The notes under the pieces: generated by a model
Told to the model about the DNA's origin: nothing
Database searches by the model: none
What the model saw: the letters and a program-made list of their open reading frames with translations, nothing else
Shown here: positions 10,000-18,810 of the stretch, piece by piece
Position numbering within the stretch: the stretch's first letter is position 1
How the letters are laid out: each line of letters begins with the position of its first letter
Position numbers and translations under genes: made by a program
DNA from: Tubiluchus corallicola
Lineage: Eukaryota; Animalia; Priapulida
Reading direction: 5' to 3'
Assembly: GCA_030141605.1 (NCBI GenBank)
Contig: JAQGDQ010001803.1
Span: 1 to 24,873 of the forward strand
DNA length: 24,873 nt

Positions 10000-10421
10000 G
10001 CACATTTGAAATTGTTTATTCTGAAAATGACATCGATTATAGTGAATTAGAGTTTAATTATTTTGGATTTGGCGTTGTAATTCATCCAATAACAGTTTGT
10101 CTTCTTTTTCGTTTAGCAACTATAAGCATGACCTGCTTTAACCCGCCCGGAGACGTTGTGGCTTGGGACAGGGACAACATCGTAATAATGGGCAGTGTCA
10201 CTTTTGAACTCCCTTCCGCTTGCCCACTCGCTGGAGATGTCCCGGACACTGGAGATGACACGGAGATGTGTCTACCAGTTTCTTCCAGCAAGATTGTTGA
10301 TGCCTTCAAAGCTTTGGCGGACTTGACTTTCGAGCTGAAGAAACTGATTGACAAACCAGTTAGACCTCCACCCCGCCGACGTCACCGCCCACGCCGCTAT
10401 CGCCCCCAGCGCCAATACTGA
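2212..10421 (+). CDS. Spliced 7-exon gene: secreted divergent pentraxin/laminin-G-like (concanavalin A-like fold) protein, 302 aa
   Basis: Exons 2212-2232, 3492-3597, 5108-5229, 6326-6444, 6870-6982, 8059-8181, 10117-10421 join in frame (phases 0,1,0,2,1,1; 909 nt). Product: [56 protein letters not shown]...[13 protein letters not shown]...[24 protein letters not shown]...[12 protein letters not shown]...[14 protein letters not shown]...[19 protein letters not shown]. FTxCxW, WHxxCxTW, VYxDG, xGxxxDV and CxxxxGDVVxW occur in pentraxin order. Confidence 0.88.
2551..2610. repeat. 25-bp tandem duplication
   Basis: AAACCYCGTTCCAGGATGATTAAAC x2 plus a partial third unit. Confidence 0.85.
2825..2915. 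repeat. Imperfect palindrome/foldback in intron 1
   Basis: AACTCACAAGCGTG (2825-2838) pairs with CACGCTTGCGAGTT (2902-2915), 13/14; inner ACTGTCG/CGACAGT; multiple AGTAACT motifs. Confidence 0.65.
3070..3195. repeat. 66-bp tandem duplication
   Basis: TGCATGTACTTGTGYGTTTTATATTGTACTAACCATGTACCATGAATTTTGTACTTT at 3070 and 3136. Confidence 0.9.
3492..3597 (+). CDS. Coding exon 2 (signal peptide end + N-terminal helix)
   Basis: Acceptor TTTTTCAG ends 3491; [35 protein letters not shown]; donor GTAAGA at 3598, phase 1. Confidence 0.82.
4124..4742 (-). mobile_element. MITE family A copy 2 (inverted), in intron 2
   Basis: TTAA-AGGAAGACAGGATGATT ... GGTCCGGTTTTGCT-GTAA; reverse complement aligns over its full length with 14877-15492. 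Confidence 0.85.
4731..4873. repeat. About 68-bp tandem duplication overlapping the MITE terminus
   Basis: GTTTTGCTGTAAGCAA...AGAGTTCACTGATCAA at 4731 and 4800; partial third start at 4867. Confidence 0.88.
5108..5229 (+). CDS. Coding exon 3 (pentraxin domain start)
   Basis: Acceptor TTTTTTACAG ends 5107; (E)[13 protein letters not shown]...PEFTWCM; donor GTGAGT at 5230, phase 0. Confidence 0.88.
5303..5650 (+). mobile_element. 3' fragment of a Penelope-like retroelement (GIY-YIG endonuclease C-terminus plus pLTR-like tail)
   Basis: 5303-5437 translates to [44 protein letters not shown], matching the L.xKEsLxI...KPxLN.Q end of Penelope GIY-YIG domains; a hammerhead motif follows 130 nt later, then AATAAA. 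Boundaries approximate. Confidence 0.75.
5557..5607 (+). ncRNA. Minimal type I hammerhead ribozyme motif (Penelope type)
   Basis: Stem I AAATTTGCCA (5557-5566) / TGGCA-C-AATTT (5597-5607); core CTGATGA 5567-5573; imperfect stem II 5575-5588; GAAA 5589-5592; palindromic AACGTT in place of stem III; predicted cleavage triplet GUU 5594-5596. Confidence 0.75.
6007..6248. repeat. Compound (ATT)n / (ATCATT)n microsatellite
   Basis: Direct reading; explains the poly-Ile and (IM)n track ORFs. Confidence 0.95.
6326..6444 (+). CDS. Coding exon 4
   Basis: Acceptor TTTTGTTTTCGTAG ends 6325; [12 protein letters not shown]...FFVAGTF completes the FTWCM|WLK motif; donor GTAAGC at 6445, phase 2. Confidence 0.86.
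6581..6777. repeat. Degenerate (GACT)n followed by (ATT)n/(GTT)n microsatellite
   Basis: Direct reading; explains the poly-Asn ORF. Confidence 0.9.
6870..6982 (+). CDS. Coding exon 5 (pentraxin signature region)
   Basis: Acceptor TTTACAG ends 6869; (I)EIDEF...[23 protein letters not shown]; donor GTAAGT at 6983, phase 1. Confidence 0.9.
7566..7826. repeat. About 23-bp degenerate minisatellite, about 11 units
   Basis: Consensus approx. TATGACAATAGACMWTACCTAGT. Confidence 0.9.
8059..8181 (+). CDS. Coding exon 6
   Basis: Acceptor GTTTGTAG ends 8058; (G)[40 protein letters not shown]; donor GTAATA at 8182, phase 1. Confidence 0.84.
9140..9996. repeat. Complex (CA)n-derived array with three higher-order units of about 262-280 bp
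   Basis: Landmarks CTCATG (T at 9218, 9480, 9758) and ATGGGC (9358, 9620, 9900) recur; source of the His/Thr and Val/Cys ORFs. Confidence 0.95.
10117..10421 (+). CDS. Coding exon 7 (terminal): pentraxin C-terminus, acidic linker, helix, Pro/Arg tail
   Basis: Acceptor CTTCTTTTTCGTTTAG ends 10116; (A)[17 protein letters not shown]...RPQRQY, TGA 10419-10421. This is the only real coding part of track ORF 9117..10421. Confidence 0.88.
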
Positions 10422-10521
10422 AGTTCTGATATTTGGATATAAATTATTTGGATTATAACCTTTTTATAAACGTTTGTAACATTTTGGATATAATGTCTGT
10501 TAAACCAATAATGGTAATGTT

Positions 10522-10527
10522 AATAAA
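10522..10527 (+). promoter_or_regulatory. Candidate polyadenylation signal of the pentraxin-like gene
   Basis: First AATAAA 100 nt after the stop, followed by T-rich sequence; an alternative is at 10674-10679. Confidence 0.45.
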
Positions 10528-10590
10528 ATTTTTGTCTCTCATTCTAATGTTACTTGCTTTTGAAAATGCGCATTTATTTCTCTTAAATTC

Positions 10591-10657
10591 TCATCATCAT
10601 CATCATCATCGTCGTCGTCGTCGTCGCCATCGTCATCGTCATCATCATCGTCGTTAT
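10591..10657. repeat. (CAT)n/(CGT)n trinucleotide repeat
   Basis: Direct reading. Confidence 0.9.
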
Positions 10658-10929
10658 CGACAATTGCGTTTAAAATAAAATGACAAAAACGATTACAAAC
10701 TCGAAACGAATCTTTTCTCTTCAAAAGATTACACGTGTTTATTATATATGTATAATACAAATTTACATCGTCATCAGAGACGTGCACGCATTCGTGCAAT
10801 ATCCACAAAATTACAACAGCAACAACATCAATGAGGTTATTTAAATATTTACATATATACAACTGTGGCACCCGTTAACGAAATTATATTTACGCTATTT
10901 ACAGCATATGCTCGTATAGAGCAATGATT

Positions 10930-11345
10930 CTCAACAAGTACAACACTCCCTAATTTACCTCACCTACTGCAGTAGTGGTACCACAATCCAGGTACAGATG
11001 ATACCAAACAAGGCATCATGGATAAATCTTTAGAGCTGATGTCGACATAGCGCAATCTATTATCTTTCTTCCTACCATTTCCACTAATACATCCTTCTAC
11101 CCTTCCTGTGTGATCTAACCTTTCTCACAGTTCTTTTTTTGTTCACTCATCCATTTTTTATCAGGTTCACATGACAGTGGGCTTATACAAGCCTTTGCTT
11201 CTCTAGCCCACTGCAGTACAATTATTCTTTTATGATAACGATAGTATATGAAACAAAACAATTTAATACAGTAGATATAATAATTTTGATGTCACTGTGT
11301 GCTTTATATTGTACTGAATGAATGAATAAAAAATAAAAATAAAAT
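10930..11345 (+). mobile_element. Probable 3' end of a LINE (3' UTR stem-loop plus simple-repeat tail)
   Basis: Hairpin CAGTGGGCT (11175-11183) / AGCCCACTG (11205-11213) enclosing TACAAGCCTTTGCTT; ends in (GAAT)n-(AAAAAT)n tail. 5' boundary uncertain. Confidence 0.4.
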
Positions 11346-12168
11346 AGGGGAGAATACAAACTGCAAAGCTTAGCGTGGCCCATGATGTGGATGTGAAACT
11401 TAATAAAGAATACAGAGAAAAGGCAATAAGAAGGCTTGGCGAAATGCATGCAGTTAAGACGTTATTTTGTTGCTCTGATTGTCACTGTGTTTACTAAACT
11501 TTTTTGCTGAAACTAGTAACAGAAAGTTATATGTACATGTGCATAAGCTTATGCAGTACCTGAATATGTGAGAATTTTGGTGAAAATTCAAGTGGTTTTT
11601 TAATTATTAACGAAAACTATTCAAAAAATACCAGAGATTGGTGTGTAATCTAGTCGAATAGAACTAGTAGGACAACATCGTTACCTATTAACTGTATACA
11701 CGCCCACGCATCATTGGCTAGGACAATGGATATGTCAGAAGACGTTGATGAGCTAACCAGCCCAGCACCTCTCTCTAAACGGCAGACAAAGAGCAGGAAA
11801 AGTTGCCAAAAATGCAAAATCAAGAACAACAGTCATTAAAGCTGTCGGGAAATCGCATATATGTTTCCCGAAGATAAATTTAATTTTATTTGTCTATAAA
11901 ATCCCCCTAAATTTTCTAGCATTTTTTGCTTTAACTACGGTCTTATAATATAGCCTTGAATGTTAGACTTAGATCTGACCTAAGAATAAGTTTGTAGGTA
12001 GTTTCAGACCATACAAGTATGCATTGCATGAAGCCCAGTATTTAGATTAATTTATGAAGGAAAAGTTTATATAAGGCCGTTCGACATGAGCAACGAGGAC
12101 GACTCTCTTTCACTGGCTAATAGAGCAAGTCCATCTCTAGGCTTCTATTATCGGGCCTGTTGATATGT

Positions 12169-12296
12169 CCAGTCGTCTTCTTGGTCATAGCAGGTAGAAC
12201 ATTTTGACTTGAGTATTTTACAAAATAAATTTGAAATAAAATTATAAAATAACCAAGTCAAAATGATCAACCAACTATGATCAAGAAGACGACTGG
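12169..12296. mobile_element. 128-bp foldback element (palindromic MITE)
   Basis: 52-bp inverted arms (CCAGTCGTCTTCTTGRTCATAG...CATTTTGACTTG..TATTTTA), 45/52 identical, AT-rich centre; no TSD recognised. Confidence 0.75.
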
Positions 12297-13223
12297 GCAG
12301 ACCAATTTGTGAGTAGCCAGCAAGCTGAAAAAGTGTGGTCACCCCTGATATAGCGGGATTCCCAGATTTTAGTTTCAGCTTGGGCTCAGTAGTACAAGCC
12401 TGGATCAGTGGCTGTTTCATCAGCTATAGTGTTCTTATAGATCAGAATCATGGATAAGAAAAAGAGGAAGATTGAAGAGGAACAGCGAGTCAAAACAGAT
12501 TAATATGCACTGTACTACACAGACTGTGTAATACACATTACTAATATGCATTGTAATGAAATTACCACTATCTGTCCTGAAAGTAGAAATATATGGTTTT
12601 TAATATAAATTTTAATAAGTTGTAAAATAGTCTCTTGAGTGTAGTAGTAATGATGTACGCAGGTCGGATGCAAAAAAAATCGTTATTAGGTCCCACTGTA
12701 CTTGGGGGACTTCACCAAACTGCCTGTGGCCCGCAGGAATTGCGGGAAAGTTTAATGTGACCCGGCTAGTCTGATAATTTGCCCACCCCTCTGCTAAAGT
12801 GTTGTGTTTTGCAATCACAAAGTCTGTGATATCTGGCGCTTATGCGTGACCTTGTTTGTTCAGGTACTTTTCACAGACCTTGAATGTTACCTGTGCAGGC
12901 AAGTTTTCTGGGCCAGCTGATTTCTACCTGTTTATTAGCTAAAGTGTTAAAATATTAGAGGCGACCTGGCTTCATTGCTGCATACAATACATTTGTCATA
13001 TTTCACGCTTAAGTACATTGCTTGTCGTACAGGCCTTTAATCAGCTTTGGAAAAAAGCGTAGCATCATACAGCTCACATTTAAATACTGCGTCTTATTTA
13101 GATACTTGCATAGACAAAGTATAGTTAATACATACAAACATAAAATGGCGACTGGGGGAGAGGAAGTGGCATGGGATCAGTTAATGTCCTGGGGTTAAAA
13201 CACAGTTACAACAAGAGGAACAA

Positions 13224-13313
13224 CTCTCTCTCGCTCTCGCTCTCTCACTCTCTCTCTCTCTCACTCTCTCTCTCTCTCGCTGTCTCGTTCTCTCTCTCTC
13301 TCTCGCTCTCTCA

Positions 13314-13407
<94 letters not shown>
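13224..13407. repeat. (CT)n microsatellite
   Basis: Direct reading. Confidence 0.95.
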
Positions 13408-13410
<3 letters not shown>

Positions 13411-14654
13411 CTCTACTAGCGCAGTGATATCTACAGTAAATACCCAGGCTAATGAGCCTGTAGGCTTGCGCCGCTGGTTGCGAAAGTGAGAGTAAAATGT
13501 AGGATATGGGTGTTCGCATTAACGAGATGACCTAGTAAGTGAACTCGCGTGAAAAGCGAAAGTTAAACGCCTAAGGACATGAGAGGTCTTAGCGTACTGG
13601 AATCAGTTATGCACTGGAGACATCTACCGCACAGTATCGTAGTATAATTAAGCAATTAAGGTGATAGGTCAAGCATGGTCAAGAAAGTTAGAAGGCCAAC
13701 TAACTTGACTGACTACAGATGGCAGCACGGAGGAAGTGCAACCGCTAACATGATGCGCAGTGTTATGTTTTTATTGCTAAAGTGAATACTGTCACAGCTT
13801 GAACTGGAAGAAAATAAAATAAAAATTAGGAATAGTTAAGAAAGAAAAAAGATACCATGGTAGAAATATATAAAGTGTGCAGTATAACGAGGAAAATTAA
13901 AAAGTTAGAGAAGCTAAGAACAGGAGAGGATATTGCGAACAAGTAAAAACCCGACCTATAAATAAAAAATATGTATAATTAGAGGAGCATACTATCAAGG
14001 GTAGCGCTTGCCAACCATAGTGCACAGTGGTAAATATAAGACGTAATTAGCCATCATTAGAGGCTCAAGGTCTTGAGCATTACACTGGAAGTATATATAT
14101 AGAGGCGCGCGCGAATGAGAACAGAAGGCTGTTCAAAGTGGAATTAAAGGAAACGTATATGAGAAAAGAAAATGAAATTAAATGGATCCAGTGCTGTTTG
14201 CTAGCGGTTTAGTCTAGTTTTAAACTCTTGATATGCCTGACCTCTTACTAGGTCAGGAATTAATCCGCACATGCGCGGCAAATTGAATTGAGTGTGGTAA
14301 GACTGGAACGTAAGAGTCTTAGCAATGAGGGAGAGAGGTTAGGGCTACTCTAGGGGAGGAAAGTACCCTAACATAAGAAATAAATAGGATTATTGCGTTA
14401 CCGTAGAACCTTACTGCCTAGTTAAAGTAAAACGCTGTATAAGCGTTATCCATATTACGGAGTTATGTTTAGATAATTGAGTGAGTTGCAGATTGGTGAT
14501 TCTTTTCAGAATTTGAATAAAGTGCAAAATAAAAACGCAGGAGAATCTATTACAAATTAAAAATGTTCATACTTTTCACTACATTATCCAAGCTTCCGTT
14601 TCCGTCAGTTCCATCGCATCTGCAAAACAAATTCCAGACTATTAATGTCAAACA

Positions 14655-14824
<170 letters not shown>

Positions 14825-14876
14825 TAGACATCATTAACTGTCATGCCAACGTTACTGGAACTCCACACGAATTGCT

Positions 14877-15492
14877 TTAAAGCAAAACCGGACCCAATCT
14901 TAAATTGTAGGTCAAAACAATCTACTCTTTGAAATATTGAAAGTAAACATGCTATTTTTTTCAAGAATGACTTACGTGAAAGAATTATTACCACACAAAC
15001 ACAATTTCACGTTTGCGCCACTAGTTCTTCACTGTTACATGCATTTCACCATTCGCTAGTTATACGTGCACTAGCGCCTGCATTTCGGAAATGCATTGCA
15101 CAAAAACGGGTGCTGTAACTCATAGTTCAGATGAGCTAGTTAGTCACGAACTGCCCATGTTCGACACTAATGCGTGAGCACAGTGGTACATTTGAAATTT
15201 GAATTTTTATCTTAAAACTTACCTTGTTTTACAATAAATATCTTACAGTAGCATTGTACACCAATTTTCGCTGTTGCAAACGTGCAACACGCTCGAGGAA
15301 TATTTTTGCTGTTTAAAATTATGTTGGTTTGTGACGTCATCAAAAGTTGGGCTAGCCCGCCAATAATTAAAATGTTATTCTATTATTTAATTATCAGAAA
15401 CGCTTTTGCAGTATTATTGTTCTTGAAATGTATACTTTTTACTATACTTGAAAATGGAGTAGTATATGAAAAATCATCCTGTCATCCTTTAA
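14877..15492 (+). mobile_element. MITE family A copy 3 (full length, TTAA at both ends)
   Basis: TTAA-AGCAAAACCGGAC ... ATCCTGTCATCCT-TTAA; imperfect short TIR starting AG with TTAA TSD fits Kolobok/T2-type elements. Confidence 0.88.
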
Positions 15493-16142
15493 AGGAAAGG
15501 CCAAGCTCAAAGAAGTCTCCCAGTTACATCAGGATTTTCAAGTGAATGGCAGCAACCACCACGCCTGAAAATTTCTATTCAGCGGTAGTACATTTTAAGT
15601 TTATGCTTTACAGACAGTTCTTTGCAAATTTCTTTGTTACGTTTTTCTAAGTTTAACTGATAACAGTAAAATAAACCCAACACACTGAGTGACTTGTTCT
15701 TTCCTTTAGCACACCACAAACAGTTTAAGTAATAACAGTAAGATAAACCCAATATATTAAGTGACTTGTTCTTTCCTTTAGCACACCACAAACAGTTTAA
15801 GTGATAACAGTAAAATAAACCCAACATATTAAGTGACTTGTTCTTTCCTTTAGCACACCACAAACAGTTTAAGTAATAACAGTAAGATAAACCCAATATA
15901 TTAAGTGACTTGTTCTTTCCTTTAGCACACCACAAACAGTTTAAGTGATAACAGTAAAATAAACCCAACATACTGAGTGACTTGTTCTTTCCTTTAGCAC
16001 ACCACAAACAGTTTAAGTGATAACAGTAAAATAAACCCAACATACTGAGTGACTTGTTCTTTCCTTTAGCACACCACAAACATTTTAAGTGACAACAGTG
16101 AAATAAATCCCATCATGCTGAGTGACTTGTTCTTTCCTTTAA
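15489..16142. mobile_element. Second Kolobok/T2-like MITE sharing a TTAA with family A copy 3
   Basis: TTAA-AGGAAAGGCCAAG ... CTTGTTCTTTCCT-TTAA, TIR 11/13. Confidence 0.7.
15651..16142. repeat. 72-bp minisatellite, about 6.8 units
   Basis: GTGACTTGTTCTTTCCTTTA at 15689, 15761, 15833, 15905, 15977, 16049, 16122. Confidence 0.95.
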
Positions 16143-16280
16143 CACTGGTTAGTTAGACGGGCTCTAGCGCCTGTATTTCGGAAACGCACTGCACATAAAA
16201 TAGGTGCTGTGCCTCTCCGGTTAGATGTGTTAGTTTGTGATGAATTGCACACGTTCGACAGCTCAAGCGTGAACACAGCT
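16143..16280 (+). mobile_element. MITE family A internal fragment (copy 4)
   Basis: TAGTTAGACGGGCTCTAGCGCCTGTATTTCGGAAACGCA...GTTCGACAGCTCAAGCGTGAACACAG aligns with about 15055-15185. Confidence 0.8.
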
Positions 16281-16415
16281 TTAAATTTTGCCTAATTAGC
16301 CCAATGGTTAATTTGTCGCTGCCTCCATGATGCTTATTAGCACAATTTGCTTGAGGATCAGTAAAGACAAAGTTTCTAGATTGAGTTCTTAAAGTTGAAA
16401 CCTGTTCCATAGTTA

Positions 16416-16876
16416 CACAGTAAAATCTGCATCACTCAAATTTAAACGGACTGAAAAAACCTTTTGAGTTTGGCGATGGCGACCATTTTTCAGCACAGAA
16501 ACTCTAAGCCTCTCCTCCAGATGGCGAGCTAAATAGAAGACAGAAAGTCGATCCTTCTAGACATAAACGACGAGGTTTGATGACAATTACATAAAAAATA
16601 ACAAATTATGTAGTGAAACATGATCTTTTATGTTGCAAGAGGACACATACACAACACGCAGAGATCTATCCCGGAGAAAATAATTGGGGGGAGGCAGGCA
16701 TGACTTGAGTTAAAATTGAAAATTAAAATTAAAGTAAAATTAAAATTGACTCAAAAATTTGAGTTAGTTGATGTTTTTTGCGGAAAAAACAAAGGATTTC
16801 ATCCTTTCTGCTGAAATTCTTTGAGTTAGGTGAAAATTTGAGTTGTTTGATCATGAGTTATGCAGAGTTTACTGTA
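16416..16876. mobile_element. Non-autonomous TIR element with subterminal TTTGAGTT repeats (EnSpm/CACTA-like or Tc1/mariner-like)
   Basis: TIR CAGTAAAATCTGCATCACTCA (16418-16438) vs TGAGTTATGCAGAGTTTACTG (16854-16874), 19/21; repeated TGAGTT/ACTCA motifs inside. Superfamily uncertain. Confidence 0.7.
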
Positions 16877-17114
16877 ATAATAATTCGCTCAATATGGATG
16901 CTGCATTATTAACTGTAAATTTTATTTTTGGTTTCTTTTCAATACAGTTGTTGCCACCTGCACGGAAGTCTCGCAACTGTAATCTACAATCTTAGGAAAC
17001 CGAGTGTCGGCAGGTGTGGATAAACGTTCTTAAAGCGTGCAGCTGTGGTCAGTACAAGAAAAATTTTTGCTATTGAAGCATACTTTGTAAGAAACCTGAA
17101 AGCATTACACAAGA

Positions 17115-17537
17115 ATGAAACCCCACAAATGTGACTTATGTGACAAATCATTTTCTGTGCGATGCAGTCTTCTCACGCACATGAACACTCATACTGGAAT
17201 GAAACCCCGCAGATGTGACTTATGTGACAAATCATTTTCTGAGCGAGGTAGTCTTCTCAGGCACACGAACACACATACTGGAATGAAACCCCACAAATGT
17301 GACTTATGTGACAAATCATTTTCTGAGCGAGGTAGTCTTCTCAGGCACATGAACACTCATACTGGAATGAAGCCCCACAAATGTGACTTATGTGACTAAT
17401 CATTTTCTGAGCGAGGTAATCTTCTTACTCACATGAACACTCACACTGGATTGAAACCCCACAGATGTGATTTATGTGACAAATCATTTTCTCAGCGAGG
17501 TAATCTTTTCAGTCACATGAACACTCATACCGCATAG
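17115..17537 (+). pseudogene. C2H2 zinc-finger array (five 84-nt units) with in-frame stop in finger 4
   Basis: Repeats of KPHKCDLCDKSFSxRxxLxxHMNTHTGM; AAA to TAA at 17397-17399; frame continues to TAG 17535-17537; a degenerate finger (about 17037-17114) and a strong acceptor ending 16947 lie upstream. Confidence 0.85.
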
Positions 17538-17990
17538 ACAATGAGTCAACATAGACATTACAATGAGTCATAGGCATTACAATGAGTCAACATAGGCATA
17601 GACAATGAGTCAACATAGACATTACAAAGAGTCAACATTGACATTACATTGAATAAACATAGACATTACAATGAATCAACATAGACAATACAATGAATCA
17701 ACATAGACATTACAAAGAGTCAACATAGACATTACGATGAGTCAACATAGATATTACAAAGAGTCAACATAGACATTACAATGAATCAACATAGACATTA
17801 CAAAGAGTCAACATAGACATTACAATGAATCAACATAGACATTACAAAGAGTCAACATAGACATTACATTGAATAAACATAGACATTACAATGAATCAAC
17901 ATAGACATTACAATGAATCAACATAGACATTACAAAGAGTCAACATAGACATTACGATGAGTCAACATAGATATTACAATGAGTCAACAT
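17533..17990. repeat. 22-bp minisatellite, about 21 units, with a 220-bp higher-order duplication
   Basis: Consensus CATAGACATTACAAWGARTCAA; variant units recur at 17641/17861, 17731/17951, 17751/17971. Confidence 0.95.
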
Positions 17991-18408
17991 GTTACAGATG
18001 CCATCGTGTAATCATGATAGTCATCTGTTGTAAAAAAGACAGACTGGTGACTTTACTGTTCTGTTTGAATACTTGCGAAATCAACCATTAAAACACACTA
18101 GCTGTTGGTCAGTCAGTTAGTCATGGATTACTTAAATCTATGAGCAAATCAACAAAAGACGATACAAAGAAAAACTAAATGATTACCAATTAGCGAACTA
18201 ACTGGCTAATGGAGTGACTTATGGCAGATTGCTTGATTAACCAACTGGTTGGCTCTCCGACTTACCCACTGACTGACAAACGAATGAACAACCAACCACC
18301 ATTGCAGCTTAGGTTCAATTTATGAAGCTAGAGTTTGAAAAATATGAGTATTCATTATGACTAGAAACCACATTGTCTTAGAGTCTTAAAATGTTCTCCG
18401 AAGTTGGT

Positions 18409-18810
18409 GCCACTTTGCTATATAAGGTACTTGCTTATAAGGGACCTTCAGTTATAATGAATGATATCTTCAGGTCCCGCGTATTAGAAACCCTGGTAAA
18501 TTACCTCGCATATAAGGGACCCTATAATCAAAGCAAAACTGATGGATTTTTAACCTCAATTTTTCGCAAACCCTGCCTTCGAACAGCTCGGTTTCCGCAG
18601 TCACATACATCTCGCATCACTGAAGGAGTTTCCTACATACCATTTGCACTGAATGTGTAGCAATAGTCCATAAACATGTGGGTAAAAGTAGAGAAAAGTA
18701 CAGGTCTAGATACATCCTACGTCTGACTGACTCAACTTCGGCTATAAGGGACATCTGATATAAGGGACGATTTTTTCCGGGGGTGTCCCTTATATCCAAG
18801 GTTGAGTGTA
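18409..18810. mobile_element. Tc1/mariner (pogo/Tigger-like) MITE, left end degraded
   Basis: Motif TATAAGGGAC at 18436, 18511, 18743, 18759 (variant at 18421) and inverted at 18785; right end GTCCCTTATATCCAAGGTTGAGTG-TA. Confidence 0.6.

Noticed and set aside
9117-10116. Long His/Thr-rich and Val/Cys-rich ORFs in all six frames
   Set aside because: Artefacts of a stop-free (CA)n array inside intron 6; only 10117-10421 is exon.
15579-16142. 72-bp array as a CRISPR array or a 24-aa Cys-repeat protein
   Set aside because: Units are near-identical over their full length with no unique spacers, no cas genes, eukaryotic context; the ORF is a by-product of a stop-free unit divisible by 3.
17115-17537. 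PRDM9 orthologue
   Set aside because: No PR/SET, KRAB or SSXRD coding sequence in the window and the array is interrupted.
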